Positions 17,499 to 27,025 of a stretch of DNA of 64,000 bases are shown piece after piece. This DNA comes from an uncultured Candidatus Saccharibacteria bacterium (lineage in GTDB: Bacteria; Patescibacteriota; Saccharimonadia; Saccharimonadales; JAGQNJ01): positions 337,504 through 401,503 of the forward strand of contig CAZPAW010000001.1 of the NCBI GenBank assembly GCA_964584895.1, written 5' to 3'. The position numbers were made by a program, and so were the translations under genes. The notes under the pieces were generated by a model. It was not told where the DNA came from, did not search any database, and saw only the letters and a list, made by a program, of their open reading frames with translations. Each line of letters starts with the position of its first letter. Position 1 is the first letter of the stretch.

Positions 17499-18134
17499 AT
17501 GGAAGATCAAAGTAGACCAAATAATATGGGAACACTAGATGGTTTTAAACCGTTTGAGACGCCAAAACATAATGAATATGAAAAACCAACACCAACACCA
17601 GAATCAACACAAGAATTGCCAAAAGAACCAGTAATTCATGAGACGCGCTCACCGTCACTGTCCAGTGATGGTGACAGATCTATACCTGTGGTTAAAGTGT
17701 TAAGCGTTAGAGGGTTAGAATATCTAATGATGTCTGTGGGATTGTGGCTAGGTGCAGGAGGGTTACTTTGGGGTGTTTTAACGGCATTAAACGGAGGAAC
17801 ATCGTTTACTATACTTGCGATGCCAGCTTCTTTGGCTTTAGTTGGAGTTTTAGTTTTTGCTGGGTTTTTTATTAGGCTAAAAAAAGCAGAATTGAAAGAT
17901 CCAAGCCTAAGACTTGATTCTTCAAAAAGAAGAACATCGCAAATAACACAATTACTAGCGTTTTTTGTGTTGTTAGTTAATTTAATAACTTTTGTCTATA
18001 TTTGTTTTACTAAGCTTGGTGGTGAAAATAGTATCTCGCTTGGAAAAGCTGCTATAAATCTGTTGGTAGTCACAGTTATTGCCGGCGGAATACTATTATA
18101 TTACTGGTTAGATGAACACAAGGTTAGAAAGTAG
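17499..18134 (+). CDS. hypothetical multi-pass membrane protein
   Basis: 211 aa. Hydrophilic N-terminus followed by about four hydrophobic helices. Confidence 0.55.
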   Translation: MEDQSRPNNMGTLDGFKPFETPKHNEYEKPTPTPESTQELPKEPVIHETRSPSLSSDGDRSIPVVKVLSVRGLEYLMMSVGLWLGAGGLLWGVLTALNGGTSFTILAMPASLALVGVLVFAGFFIRLKKAELKDPSLRLDSSKRRTSQITQLLAFFVLLVNLITFVYICFTKLGGENSISLGKAAINLLVVTVIAGGILLYYWLDEHKVRK

Positions 18135-18140
18135 AGGCTA

Positions 18141-18992
18141 GTGATGAAAAAATATTACATTGGAGTTGTAGTAATTATACTTATGACTTTTGGCTTTGTG
18201 GGCTACACGGTTTATCTTGGGCTGGAAAGCAAGAGTGATGTCGAGACGCAAAAATCAGCCGAAGAAATTTCTAAAAAGTTAAATGAATACGTAAAAAACA
18301 ATCAAAAAATTCCTGAATCTTTGAGCGAAGTAGGTGCAAACGATGTACCGTCGACAATTGCGTACACTAAACTTTCAGATTCTCAGTATAAATTTTGTGT
18401 AACCTATAAATCCGCTAGTGGGTATTATGATTCTGGTATTTCAGGTGTAGTAACGGGTGTGACGGCCAACAGTTATCCTGATGAATATTACGAAAGTCCG
18501 TATCCATCAGACTATCCTGAGCCTGATCTGTATATAGATAGCTATCATAAAAAGGGTGAAAACTGCACAACTGTAAAGCCTTATTTTAGTAATTCATATA
18601 GTCCTCCATCATATATAGATAATCTTCCAAATGGTGCCGAGGATTCATCATCAACAAACAGTACTAACGTCGACGATAACTCCAGAGAAGCGGATATTAA
18701 TGCTTTGCATTCAAAGATGGAATACTACTATGCGCTTTACGGATATTATCCAACACTAGATAATTTGAATGATAGTAATTGGCGAACATTGAATATGAAA
18801 GGTTTGTCAGACGAGGCCCTGCAAGATCCAGAAGGATCTAGTAAAAAATTATCTTCGACCGCAAAAACAAATACTTATGTTTACAGCGTAAAACCAGTCG
18901 GGTGCGACAACAAAACAAAAGATTGCACAAGCTACAAATTAACCGCAACCCTAGATAGCGGTAAAGAATATTCTAAGAATTCTCTAAATTAA
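18141..18992 (+). CDS. membrane-anchored protein with pilin-like C-terminal domain
   Basis: 283 aa with an N-terminal TM. The C-terminal segment DINALHSKMEYYYALYGYYPTLDNLND...DPEGS...YVYSVKPVGCDNKTKDCTSYKLTATL resembles type IV pilin/pseudopilin globular domains. The canonical G/FTLIE prepilin signal is absent. Confidence 0.5.
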   Translation: MMKKYYIGVVVIILMTFGFVGYTVYLGLESKSDVETQKSAEEISKKLNEYVKNNQKIPESLSEVGANDVPSTIAYTKLSDSQYKFCVTYKSASGYYDSGISGVVTGVTANSYPDEYYESPYPSDYPEPDLYIDSYHKKGENCTTVKPYFSNSYSPPSYIDNLPNGAEDSSSTNSTNVDDNSREADINALHSKMEYYYALYGYYPTLDNLNDSNWRTLNMKGLSDEALQDPEGSSKKLSSTAKTNTYVYSVKPVGCDNKTKDCTSYKLTATLDSGKEYSKNSLN

Positions 18993-19042
18993 AATATTAG
19001 ATATCGTGAAATATTTTTACATTCTTTCTGGTATTATAGTTC

Positions 19043-20116
19043 TTGAGTATGAATAAAAATAATAATCAGCTAATTGTATATTTTGCCTGGTTATTATCGG
19101 CGGCAGTTTTGTCGTTATCAATATTCTCTTGGGGTAGTAACTTAAATTGGCAATTCTCGAATCTCTCATTATACGGATTATTCCCTCTGCTAGGATTGTT
19201 AGCTTTCAGTTTAATGTGGACACATTACATTGTTGGTGCTGGCAGGCGAGTGCTGTGCTTTGATAAAAAACAATTAAAGACTTATTTTTCGTTAACTGGT
19301 TGGGCTGTATTGATACTAATATTACTGCATCCATTACTACTTTGGATGCAATTATATCGTGATGGTTTTGGTTTGCCGCCATCAAGTTATCTAAACAATT
19401 ACGTTGCGCCAACCCTACATTGGGCTGCAATATTAGGAACCTTTGGTTTGGTTGCGTTTTTAGCATTCGAGACAAAACATTGGTTTAATAAAAAAGGTTG
19501 GTGGCCAGTAGTAGAATACGTCAATGTAATAGCCATGTTTGCAATTATCATTCATGGATTGGCGCTAGGTTCAAATTTGCAATATGGATGGCTCCGAACT
19601 GTATGGTTTTTTTATGCAATAACTTTGCTGGCTAGTGTTATCTACATTTATCATAAACAAACAATAATAGCTAAAAAGAAAGGAGAACTGATGAAAAAAT
19701 CAATAGGAATCATATTAGTATTTATTGTGATTATAGGGGGAGGTGTGTTTGCTTATACCCAGCTAACCAAAGAAGATGAGCAACCGGCAACACAAAGTAT
19801 TAATGAAACAACTTCTACTAGTCAAAATTCTTCGTCAGATTCATCAGAAAAAGTGTTTAGTGTAGAAGAAGTAAAAGCTCATAATACTGAGACCGATTGT
19901 TGGACTATAATCAGTGGCTCGGTTTACGATATTACAGACTATGTTTCAAGACATCCAGGTGGATCTGAAATACTTCGAGCTTGCGGTGAAGATGGAACTA
20001 CTTTATTTACAGAGCGTAAAGATGAATCTGGTAACTCAGTTGGTAGTGGTACCGCACACAGTAGTAGTGCGGCTAGTCAATTAGCTAACTTTAAGATCGG
20101 TACAGTTTCGCAATAA
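19043..20116 (+). CDS. membrane protein (His-containing 6-TM domain) fused to cytochrome b5-like heme-binding domain
   Basis: 357 aa. The TM helices carry conserved-looking His residues (WTHYIV, LLHPLL, IIIHGLA), followed by a further TM. C-terminal FSVEEVKAHNTETDCWTIISGSVYDITDYVSRHPGGSEIL matches the cytochrome b5 family signature. Start is TTG 19043 or ATG 19049. Confidence 0.7.
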   Translation: MSMNKNNNQLIVYFAWLLSAAVLSLSIFSWGSNLNWQFSNLSLYGLFPLLGLLAFSLMWTHYIVGAGRRVLCFDKKQLKTYFSLTGWAVLILILLHPLLLWMQLYRDGFGLPPSSYLNNYVAPTLHWAAILGTFGLVAFLAFETKHWFNKKGWWPVVEYVNVIAMFAIIIHGLALGSNLQYGWLRTVWFFYAITLLASVIYIYHKQTIIAKKKGELMKKSIGIILVFIVIIGGGVFAYTQLTKEDEQPATQSINETTSTSQNSSSDSSEKVFSVEEVKAHNTETDCWTIISGSVYDITDYVSRHPGGSEILRACGEDGTTLFTERKDESGNSVGSGTAHSSSAASQLANFKIGTVSQ

Positions 20117-20204
20117 CTGTCGGTTAAGGCGACTTACTAGATTACTCCTCAAGTTTAATATCATGATTTGTGTTAAGCTTATGCTATAAGTTTTAGGGTA
20201 GTAT

Positions 20205-22244
20205 ATGAAAAATAATGACTCGCAAAATAGTCGGAATAATCAGGTAAAAAAACGTTTTTCCTCTCGCCGTGCTCAATTAGTGTTTGTAGTCATCTGCATT
20301 TTGCTTGTGATTGGAGTTTATTTTGCTAGTAGAATAATACAAGACCAAAGCAATCAAAAAGATGCAACTGCTGAAGTTAAAAAATCATCAAAACCACCTA
20401 GTTACAGCTTTCGCATTGTAAGAAAATCGAAAACAATAAATCATGCGATGGAGGGTACACGAGTAAAATTTGTTATAAAATCTCGATCAGCACAAAAGAT
20501 AAAAAATATTCAAATCGCCTTTGACGGCAAGTATCAAAACGCGACAAAAACGACAATAAAGGGTAAAGGTACTCACACAATATTGACGGCTAAAGCTTGT
20601 TGTAATGCTGAAACGCGTAATGTAAAAGTTCGTGCTACAAACTCTAAGGGTAAACGCTTCGCAATCAAATACTACAAAGGTTCAACTAGTCTCAATTTTC
20701 AAGTTAAAGCGTTCTCTGAAAATGCAGAAGTTTCTTCTGTACGGAATTATGGTGCAAAAGGGGATGGTATAACCGATGATACGGACGCGTTACAACGGGC
20801 AATCGACTCTACAAAAGGCATTTTATATGTTCCTCCTGGTAGGTATAAGATAACGAAGCCGTTATTTATGAAGTCATTTGTCAGGATGAAGGGAACACCA
20901 GGTCAAACGGTTTTTGTTCAAGGCAATACTGACAACCCATACCCTAGTCATATGGTACTTGGAGACACGTTTCCTTCGGCTTACTATTCAAATCGACCAC
21001 AGCGAGAACAATTTACTAATTTTGAAACTGTCGAGTCGTCATGGTCAAAAGGAACTGATACTTTAACATTAAAAAATTCGAGCGATGCTAGTAGGTTAGA
21101 AAAAGGAGAAATTGTTTGTGTCCGTTCTACAAAACGTTTTGACCAGCCAGAAAACAATCTGTCTCATCCTGACTTTGTTCAGTTTACTCGTATAAAGGAT
21201 ATCGATGGCAAGAGATTGCAGTTTGCTGAGAGAGCAATAAATAGTGTCGGAGATCAAAATAATGGACCTCCTCAAGTTTGCAAAATTACCGGCCGTGATC
21301 CATATCTGAGCTATATTATGGGTCGTGATATTAATTGGTATGCAGTAAAGTGGGCTGAAGTATCTGGGATAACATTTGAGGGTGGGGCGTCTGGTTTTTA
21401 CAGTGGATTTTGTTATGGGTGTTATATTCACGATGTAAAATTTCGAGGCGTGGATGCGCCAATGGTTTTAAATACAATGGTCAAAACGAACTTCGAGAAT
21501 ATTGAAGGCGACTATAGTTACGAAGCTATAGAAGTTGCTATGGCTTCTTCACAAACAACGTACAACAATATAAACTTTACTTATAGACCGCTGAGTTGCT
21601 CTTATGCGTCAGAACCCGATCCACTCAAGTGCTCGCCTCCTGTTCCGTCAAACAAACGACCTCCTAACTGCTCTGAAGCGACTTATCCTAATCCTCGCGA
21701 TTGCCCTTTGGTCGGAAATCCAGCAATTGCAGTTGGCGAGAGGTCGGTTGATATTACTTTCGATAAAATAAAGTTAAAAGTTGGCAGTAATGCTACTCTG
21801 CCGGCAAGATTAATAGGAATTGGCGACGCTCAAGATATCAACTTTATTAATTCGGATTTATCAATAGACGGAGCAGGCAATCAACAGATTTTTGAATTTA
21901 GAGGTAATTCAAATTCAGCAGGCACTTCATCGCCCGAGAAGTCTGATTTTGAAACAAAAAATTATATTATCGCCAATAATAAAATCAATTTAGGAATTCA
22001 AAAAAACGAACTTGCTATTATTGTAGGGAACGAAAAAAACTGGATTCAGGACTTGAGGTTTTATAATAATCGTTGGACAGGTACACCAACCACCGACGGC
22101 ACTGCCTATTGGGCGGGTAATTATGTCCGCGATTGGTCGGTAGTAAATGAATCTCTTCCTATAGCAACACATTTTCGGGTTACACATGATGCCACGCATT
22201 TTAACGAGGATCCGACAATTTATAATGTAGTATTTGGGGACTAG
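20205..22244 (+). CDS. membrane-anchored pectate-lyase-superfamily (right-handed beta-helix) protein
   Basis: 679 aa with an N-terminal [40 protein letters not shown] is the typical N-cap of Pectate_lyase_3 / tailspike-like glycosidases. Confidence 0.75.
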   Translation: MKNNDSQNSRNNQVKKRFSSRRAQLVFVVICILLVIGVYFASRIIQDQSNQKDATAEVKKSSKPPSYSFRIVRKSKTINHAMEGTRVKFVIKSRSAQKIKNIQIAFDGKYQNATKTTIKGKGTHTILTAKACCNAETRNVKVRATNSKGKRFAIKYYKGSTSLNFQVKAFSENAEVSSVRNYGAKGDGITDDTDALQRAIDSTKGILYVPPGRYKITKPLFMKSFVRMKGTPGQTVFVQGNTDNPYPSHMVLGDTFPSAYYSNRPQREQFTNFETVESSWSKGTDTLTLKNSSDASRLEKGEIVCVRSTKRFDQPENNLSHPDFVQFTRIKDIDGKRLQFAERAINSVGDQNNGPPQVCKITGRDPYLSYIMGRDINWYAVKWAEVSGITFEGGASGFYSGFCYGCYIHDVKFRGVDAPMVLNTMVKTNFENIEGDYSYEAIEVAMASSQTTYNNINFTYRPLSCSYASEPDPLKCSPPVPSNKRPPNCSEATYPNPRDCPLVGNPAIAVGERSVDITFDKIKLKVGSNATLPARLIGIGDAQDINFINSDLSIDGAGNQQIFEFRGNSNSAGTSSPEKSDFETKNYIIANNKINLGIQKNELAIIVGNEKNWIQDLRFYNNRWTGTPTTDGTAYWAGNYVRDWSVVNESLPIATHFRVTHDATHFNEDPTIYNVVFGD

Positions 22245-22317
22245 CAAACTTATATAAGTGTGTACACAGTAAAAAGTTTATGTTATAATTTTACGGTAAG
22301 GGAGTGCCCGTACAAGG

Positions 22318-24162
22318 GTGCTTTTTAATTTTATGACACAAGACCCTACTAAAATACGAAATATTGCCATAATTGCCCATGTCGATCATGGTAAAACTAC
22401 TCTTGTTGACGGGCTATTAAAACAGTCGCAGACTTTTCGAGATAATCAGGCTGAAATGGGTCAAGATTTGATTATGGATAGTGGCGATCAAGAAAAAGAA
22501 CGTGGGATAACAATTACAGCAAAGGTCACGGCAGTGCAACATGGTGATTATCGAATCAACATTATCGATACACCAGGACATGCTGATTTTTCAGGCGAGG
22601 TCGAGCGAACTTTGAATATGGCTGATGGTTGTATTTTGATTGTTGATGCGCAAGAAGGTCCGATGCCACAAACTAAATTTGTGTTATCAAAAGCCTTAGC
22701 TAACGAGCTAAAACCAATTGTGATTATCAATAAAATCGATAAACCTGGATCAAGATTAAAAGAGGTGGAAGACGAGCTTGCTGATCTGTTCTTAGAGCTT
22801 GCTGTGCATGAGGACCAACTACACTATCCTGTTTATTATGCGGTAGGTCGCGAGGGTAAGGCTTGGGCAGAACCGCCAGCTAGCTTCGATGATGAGGGTG
22901 ATCTTGAAGTAGTTTTTAAAGCAATAATTAATGATATTCCGGCGCCACATGCCGAGCCGGATAAACCTTTTCAGATGCTAGTTACTGCATTATCGTGGGA
23001 TAGTTTTAAGGGAAAATACGCCATAGGGCGAATTACTAGGGGCAAAATCAAAGCTGGCGATCAGGTAGTTTTATGTAAAAAAGATGGCTCTCAGATTAAG
23101 ACAAAAATTGACACAGTCTATATGAGCCATGGTGTTAGTAAATTTGAAGTGGATGGTGGAGTAGCCGGTGATATTGTGCAACTAACTGGGGTAGGTGATG
23201 CACAGATCGGTGAAACTGTTGCTGATGTCGAGCAACCAGAGGCTTTGCCGGTGTTGGAAGTAGAAGCTCCGACACTGAAAATTTATTTAGGGCCAAATAC
23301 TAGTCCATTCAAAGGTCAAGAAAGTAAATTTTCTACAAACCGACAAATAGCCGAAAGATTGAACAAAGAGTTAGAAACAAATGTAGGATTACGGGTTGAA
23401 GAAGAAGGCATTGGCTTTTTGATTTCAGGACGTGGAGAATTGCACTTGAGTGTGCTAATTGAGACCATGCGTCGAGAAGGTTTTGAGTTTGAGGTTGGAC
23501 GTCCACAAGTTGTAACTAGAGATAACGATGGTGTTGTTGAGGAGCCTGTAGAAGAGCTTATTATTGAAGTCCCTGCTGATTATGTGGGCGCTGTACAGAT
23601 GGAACTAGGCAAGCGAAAAAGTGTGCTAAAAGAGCAATTTGCAACCAGTAAAGGTGTAACAAAACTAATTTATGAAATCCCAACGCGGGCACTAATTGGT
23701 CTGCGGAATATTCTGATGACTAACACCAAGGGTACAATTATCATGAATAGCCTCGTAACTGGTTATCAGCCCCTTGGGGCACCTTTGGAGCAACTTCGTA
23801 ATGGGGTGCTGATTGCTTTCGAAACAGGAGTGACAACTCCATACTCATTACAAAATGCCGAAGATAGGGGTGAGTTATTTGTTGGCGGAGCAGTAAAAGT
23901 CTATGCAGGCCAGATAATCGGGCTCAATAAAAGAAGTGACGATCTTGAGATTAATGTATGCAAGGCAAAACATCTGACTAATATGCGAAGTTCTAGTAGT
24001 GATGGAGTGGTGCAATTATCGCCGCCAACAATTCTTAGTCTAGAGCAGTGTATCGATTTTTTGGAAAAAGATGAATTATTAGAAGTTACTCCAGAAAATT
24101 TGCGTCTTCGAAAGAGCGAATTAGACCCAAATAAGCGTCGTCGGGCCAAGGCTAATACTTAA
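22318..24162 (+). CDS. typA: translational GTPase TypA/BipA
   Basis: 614 aa. AHVDHGKTT, DTPGHADF, NKIDK motifs. Start is GTG 22318 or ATG 22333 (MTQDPTKIRNIAIIAHVDHGKTT). Confidence 0.93.
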   Translation: MLFNFMTQDPTKIRNIAIIAHVDHGKTTLVDGLLKQSQTFRDNQAEMGQDLIMDSGDQEKERGITITAKVTAVQHGDYRINIIDTPGHADFSGEVERTLNMADGCILIVDAQEGPMPQTKFVLSKALANELKPIVIINKIDKPGSRLKEVEDELADLFLELAVHEDQLHYPVYYAVGREGKAWAEPPASFDDEGDLEVVFKAIINDIPAPHAEPDKPFQMLVTALSWDSFKGKYAIGRITRGKIKAGDQVVLCKKDGSQIKTKIDTVYMSHGVSKFEVDGGVAGDIVQLTGVGDAQIGETVADVEQPEALPVLEVEAPTLKIYLGPNTSPFKGQESKFSTNRQIAERLNKELETNVGLRVEEEGIGFLISGRGELHLSVLIETMRREGFEFEVGRPQVVTRDNDGVVEEPVEELIIEVPADYVGAVQMELGKRKSVLKEQFATSKGVTKLIYEIPTRALIGLRNILMTNTKGTIIMNSLVTGYQPLGAPLEQLRNGVLIAFETGVTTPYSLQNAEDRGELFVGGAVKVYAGQIIGLNKRSDDLEINVCKAKHLTNMRSSSSDGVVQLSPPTILSLEQCIDFLEKDELLEVTPENLRLRKSELDPNKRRRAKANT

Positions 24163-24397
24163 ATTTTTATAGTTTAGACCAGAAGCGGTTTTAAATCACT
24201 CGAATCAGTAATATCAACAGAGAAAAAAGTTTGCTATTTTTGGTTGTTTTTGTGTTATAGTTACCCTGACTAGATAAAGCTGCTAATGTAACGAGTTAGT
24301 TCGGTTCTAGGTTCAATAATATTAACAATGTGTTTTTAGTAGGAGCAGCTAACTCGGCGTTGCCAAAGTTACCTCTAGAAATTAATAAGGAGTTCAA

Positions 24398-24649
24398 ATG
24401 GCAACTAATCTATTTGTAGGTTCATTGTCTTGGAACGTGACTGACGATCAGCTTAAAGAGTTGTTCGAAACAGTTGGTAAGGTTGTATCTGCAAAAGTTA
24501 TAACTGACCGAGACACTAATCGATCAAAAGGTTTTGGGTTTGTAGAAATGGGTTCAGATGATGAAGCCAAAGCTGCAGTCGACCAGTTGAATGGTAAAGA
24601 GCTTGACGGCCGACCAATCAACGTAAGCGAAGCCCGCCCTCGCGATTAA
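24398..24649 (+). CDS. RRM-type RNA-binding protein
   Basis: 83 aa. RNP2 LFVGSL and RNP1 KGFGFVEM. Strong RBS AAGGAG. Confidence 0.9.
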   Translation: MATNLFVGSLSWNVTDDQLKELFETVGKVVSAKVITDRDTNRSKGFGFVEMGSDDEAKAAVDQLNGKELDGRPINVSEARPRD

Positions 24650-24680
24650 TTTCAGATTTATCTGAAATTAATACAATCAA

Positions 24681-24709
24681 GACCTCGGAGCGATCCGGGG
24701 TCTTTTTTC
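24681..24709 (+). terminator. rho-independent terminator
   Basis: GACCTCGG-agcgat-CCGGGGTC stem (one G:U) followed by TTTTTT. Confidence 0.75.
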
Positions 24710-24753
24710 TTATATTGAATTATTATGCCACGTATGTTTAAGTAGGTGTTCGA

Positions 24754-25002
24754 ATGGAAGAAATACCAGAACCAACAATGGATCAAGACAATGGTGATGC
24801 ATTGCAAAAGTGGGGTACTTGGGTGTCTATCGCTGGGGTAGGTATTATTTTCGTGGGTGACGTCTTGATAGGGAGTAATACCTTTAATATCTGGGAGATA
24901 GAGCCATTTATTTACAACGTCGTTGCTGGCATAGGAGTAGCTGCTGTATCGGCAGGAATGGCGTTAACTTGCTCGGGGCTTAATCGTACAAGTAACCATT
25001 GA
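24754..25002 (+). CDS. hypothetical small membrane protein
   Basis: 82 aa with two hydrophobic helices. AGGTG lies 7 nt upstream of the ATG. Confidence 0.4.
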   Translation: MEEIPEPTMDQDNGDALQKWGTWVSIAGVGIIFVGDVLIGSNTFNIWEIEPFIYNVVAGIGVAAVSAGMALTCSGLNRTSNH

Positions 25003-25038
25003 CCAATACACAGAGAGAGCACTACACTGGTAGTACTT

Positions 25039-26307
25039 ATGCTTGATAAAACAAAGAACTTTGCCAGTAAAATTTTGCCAGGGCATAAAATTCATGTACT
25101 TGATCCTCAAGAAGTTCAAGTCGCAAGACGATATATTGACATTTATTGGGAAAAACTCAAGCGTTATCACCCTAAAGATGACGAAACCCTGATAGGATTG
25201 CCTAATCCATATCTTGTTCCGGCTTATGAAGAAGGGCATTCGTTTGACTTTAACGAGATGTATTACTGGGATAGTTATTTTATGGTACAAGGCATGATGA
25301 ATCGCGAGCACAAGGATCTCGTTGTGGGGATACTCGATAATCTAATCTCGATGCAAAAACGCTTCAAGATAATCCCAAATGCCTCTAGGACATATCTGAT
25401 GGGACGATCTCAGCCGCCGTTTTTAACCAGTTTTATATTCGAAGTTTATGATGCGTTTGATATGAGTCCAGCTTGGCTGAAAGAGAGAATCGCCTGTGCC
25501 CATCAAGAATACAGCCGAGTATGGCTAGGTACTGGCAAACCTAACTGGCGTAATGTCTATATGGGACTTAGTCGCTATTATGACATTAATATGACCCACG
25601 ATCTGGCTGAGGCCGAAAGTGGCTGGGATTACACCACTAGATTTAACCGACACGCACTTAATTATCTGCCAGTCGACCTCAATTCATTGCTTTATAAATA
25701 CGAGACTGACTTTGCGCGGGCTGATACTATCCTTGGCGATGAGCATGGGGCTAAAGTTTGGTTAGAGCGCGCTCGAACCCGCAAACAAACCATGGACGAG
25801 TTGATGTGGAGTAATGCGCGCAATCTGTACTACGATTATAATTTTGTAAAGAAAAAGCGCGGTAACGTATCCTCGCTTGCCGGATTCTTTCCGCTATGGG
25901 CGGGAATGGTGGATGATAAGCGTGCAAAAACTATTGTTAACCAGCTTCGAAGATTTGAAAATAGGGGTGGTTTGTCTACTACCGATATGCAACCAATCAA
26001 TCAGGTAATTGTGCCGAATTCTTTTCCAACCCAATGGGCATATCCTAATGGTTGGGCACCTTTGCAATATTTGATTATTAAGGGGTTGGATCGTTACGGG
26101 TATCACGATGATGCAAAACGAATTGCAATGAAGTGGTTAAATACAAATCTGCAGTGGTTCAACAAAAATGGAGTGTTTTTAGAAAAGTACAATGTAGTAA
26201 ATCCGGACAAACCACCGCTCAAGGGCGTATATCCGTCGCAGACTGGCTTTGGTTGGACTAACGCCGTCTTTGAACGCCTCTGCCAAGACTACATAGATAA
26301 ACATTAA
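25039..26307 (+). CDS. trehalase (glycoside hydrolase family 37), cytoplasmic type
   Basis: 422 aa. MYYWDSYF, RSQPPFL, ESGWDYTTRF, FPLWAG and QWAYPNGWAPLQ match the GH37 signatures. No signal peptide. Confidence 0.85.
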   Translation: MLDKTKNFASKILPGHKIHVLDPQEVQVARRYIDIYWEKLKRYHPKDDETLIGLPNPYLVPAYEEGHSFDFNEMYYWDSYFMVQGMMNREHKDLVVGILDNLISMQKRFKIIPNASRTYLMGRSQPPFLTSFIFEVYDAFDMSPAWLKERIACAHQEYSRVWLGTGKPNWRNVYMGLSRYYDINMTHDLAEAESGWDYTTRFNRHALNYLPVDLNSLLYKYETDFARADTILGDEHGAKVWLERARTRKQTMDELMWSNARNLYYDYNFVKKKRGNVSSLAGFFPLWAGMVDDKRAKTIVNQLRRFENRGGLSTTDMQPINQVIVPNSFPTQWAYPNGWAPLQYLIIKGLDRYGYHDDAKRIAMKWLNTNLQWFNKNGVFLEKYNVVNPDKPPLKGVYPSQTGFGWTNAVFERLCQDYIDKH

Positions 26308-26966
26308 AGCTGGTTTGATATCCGGTAATCGTTAACCTCGTCAGCTCTTGCCTGAGTAATGTGCCCTTCTGCTACTCCGTAATCTAGTAGTTCTGTGGCG
26401 GTAAGAATGGATAACATTTCTGCGCCTGACTTTGCAAGGTTAGCTACGCCACCTTGTTCTCTGTCGACAACACACAGTACGTAATTTACTTGTAAACCTA
26501 GTCCCTCGGCTGCTGTTTTGAAAAGCCGATTATTTCTCGCTCCAGAGATGTGATCCTCTACTACCTCTAGTTCATCTCCTTCAGAGAATGATCCATCAGA
26601 TAAATCAAATTGTGTTTTAGGAGTAGTCGTTTTGCCAAAAATTAACAAGTTATCGGGGTACTGTGTTGGGTATTGTCTCGCAAGTGAGTCTCCTAGTGGG
26701 TTCGCTCCCATTGGGACTGCACCGATTTTTTTGGGTGAGATTTTTGGATGGTGCTGATCGTTAATGCTTTTAAATTCGACACCTATTAGTTCAAATAGTT
26801 CAGGTAATATTTCTGCCCCTCGTTCGTTAGGCTTTGGATAATGAAGATACCATGGTGATTCTGGAAGATTAGGGTTATCGATATGTGCTGATAATCTAAA
26901 GCTGCCAAATCTTATTGAATTACTACGATAATATAATTCTGCAATTTTTTCGCTCCCTATACTCAT
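26304..26966 (-). CDS. orotate phosphoribosyltransferase-like protein
   Basis: 220 aa. IRFGSFRLSAH..., VVDREQGGVANLAKSGAEMLSILTATELL resembles PyrE. The PRPP-loop is divergent (VVEDHISGARN). Confidence 0.6.
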   Translation of the reverse strand: MSIGSEKIAELYYRSNSIRFGSFRLSAHIDNPNLPESPWYLHYPKPNERGAEILPELFELIGVEFKSINDQHHPKISPKKIGAVPMGANPLGDSLARQYPTQYPDNLLIFGKTTTPKTQFDLSDGSFSEGDELEVVEDHISGARNNRLFKTAAEGLGLQVNYVLCVVDREQGGVANLAKSGAEMLSILTATELLDYGVAEGHITQARADEVNDYRISNQL

Positions 26967-27025
26967 AGAGGCGATTATACATGATAATTTTTATTTCTTC
27001 TCTGTTTGAGATAGGATGATTATAT

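Noticed and set aside
24735-24753. GTTCGAAT string suggestive of a tRNA T-loop
   Set aside because: There are no flanking acceptor, D or anticodon arms. The string sits in the RBS region of ORF 24754. No tRNA genes were recognised anywhere in the window.
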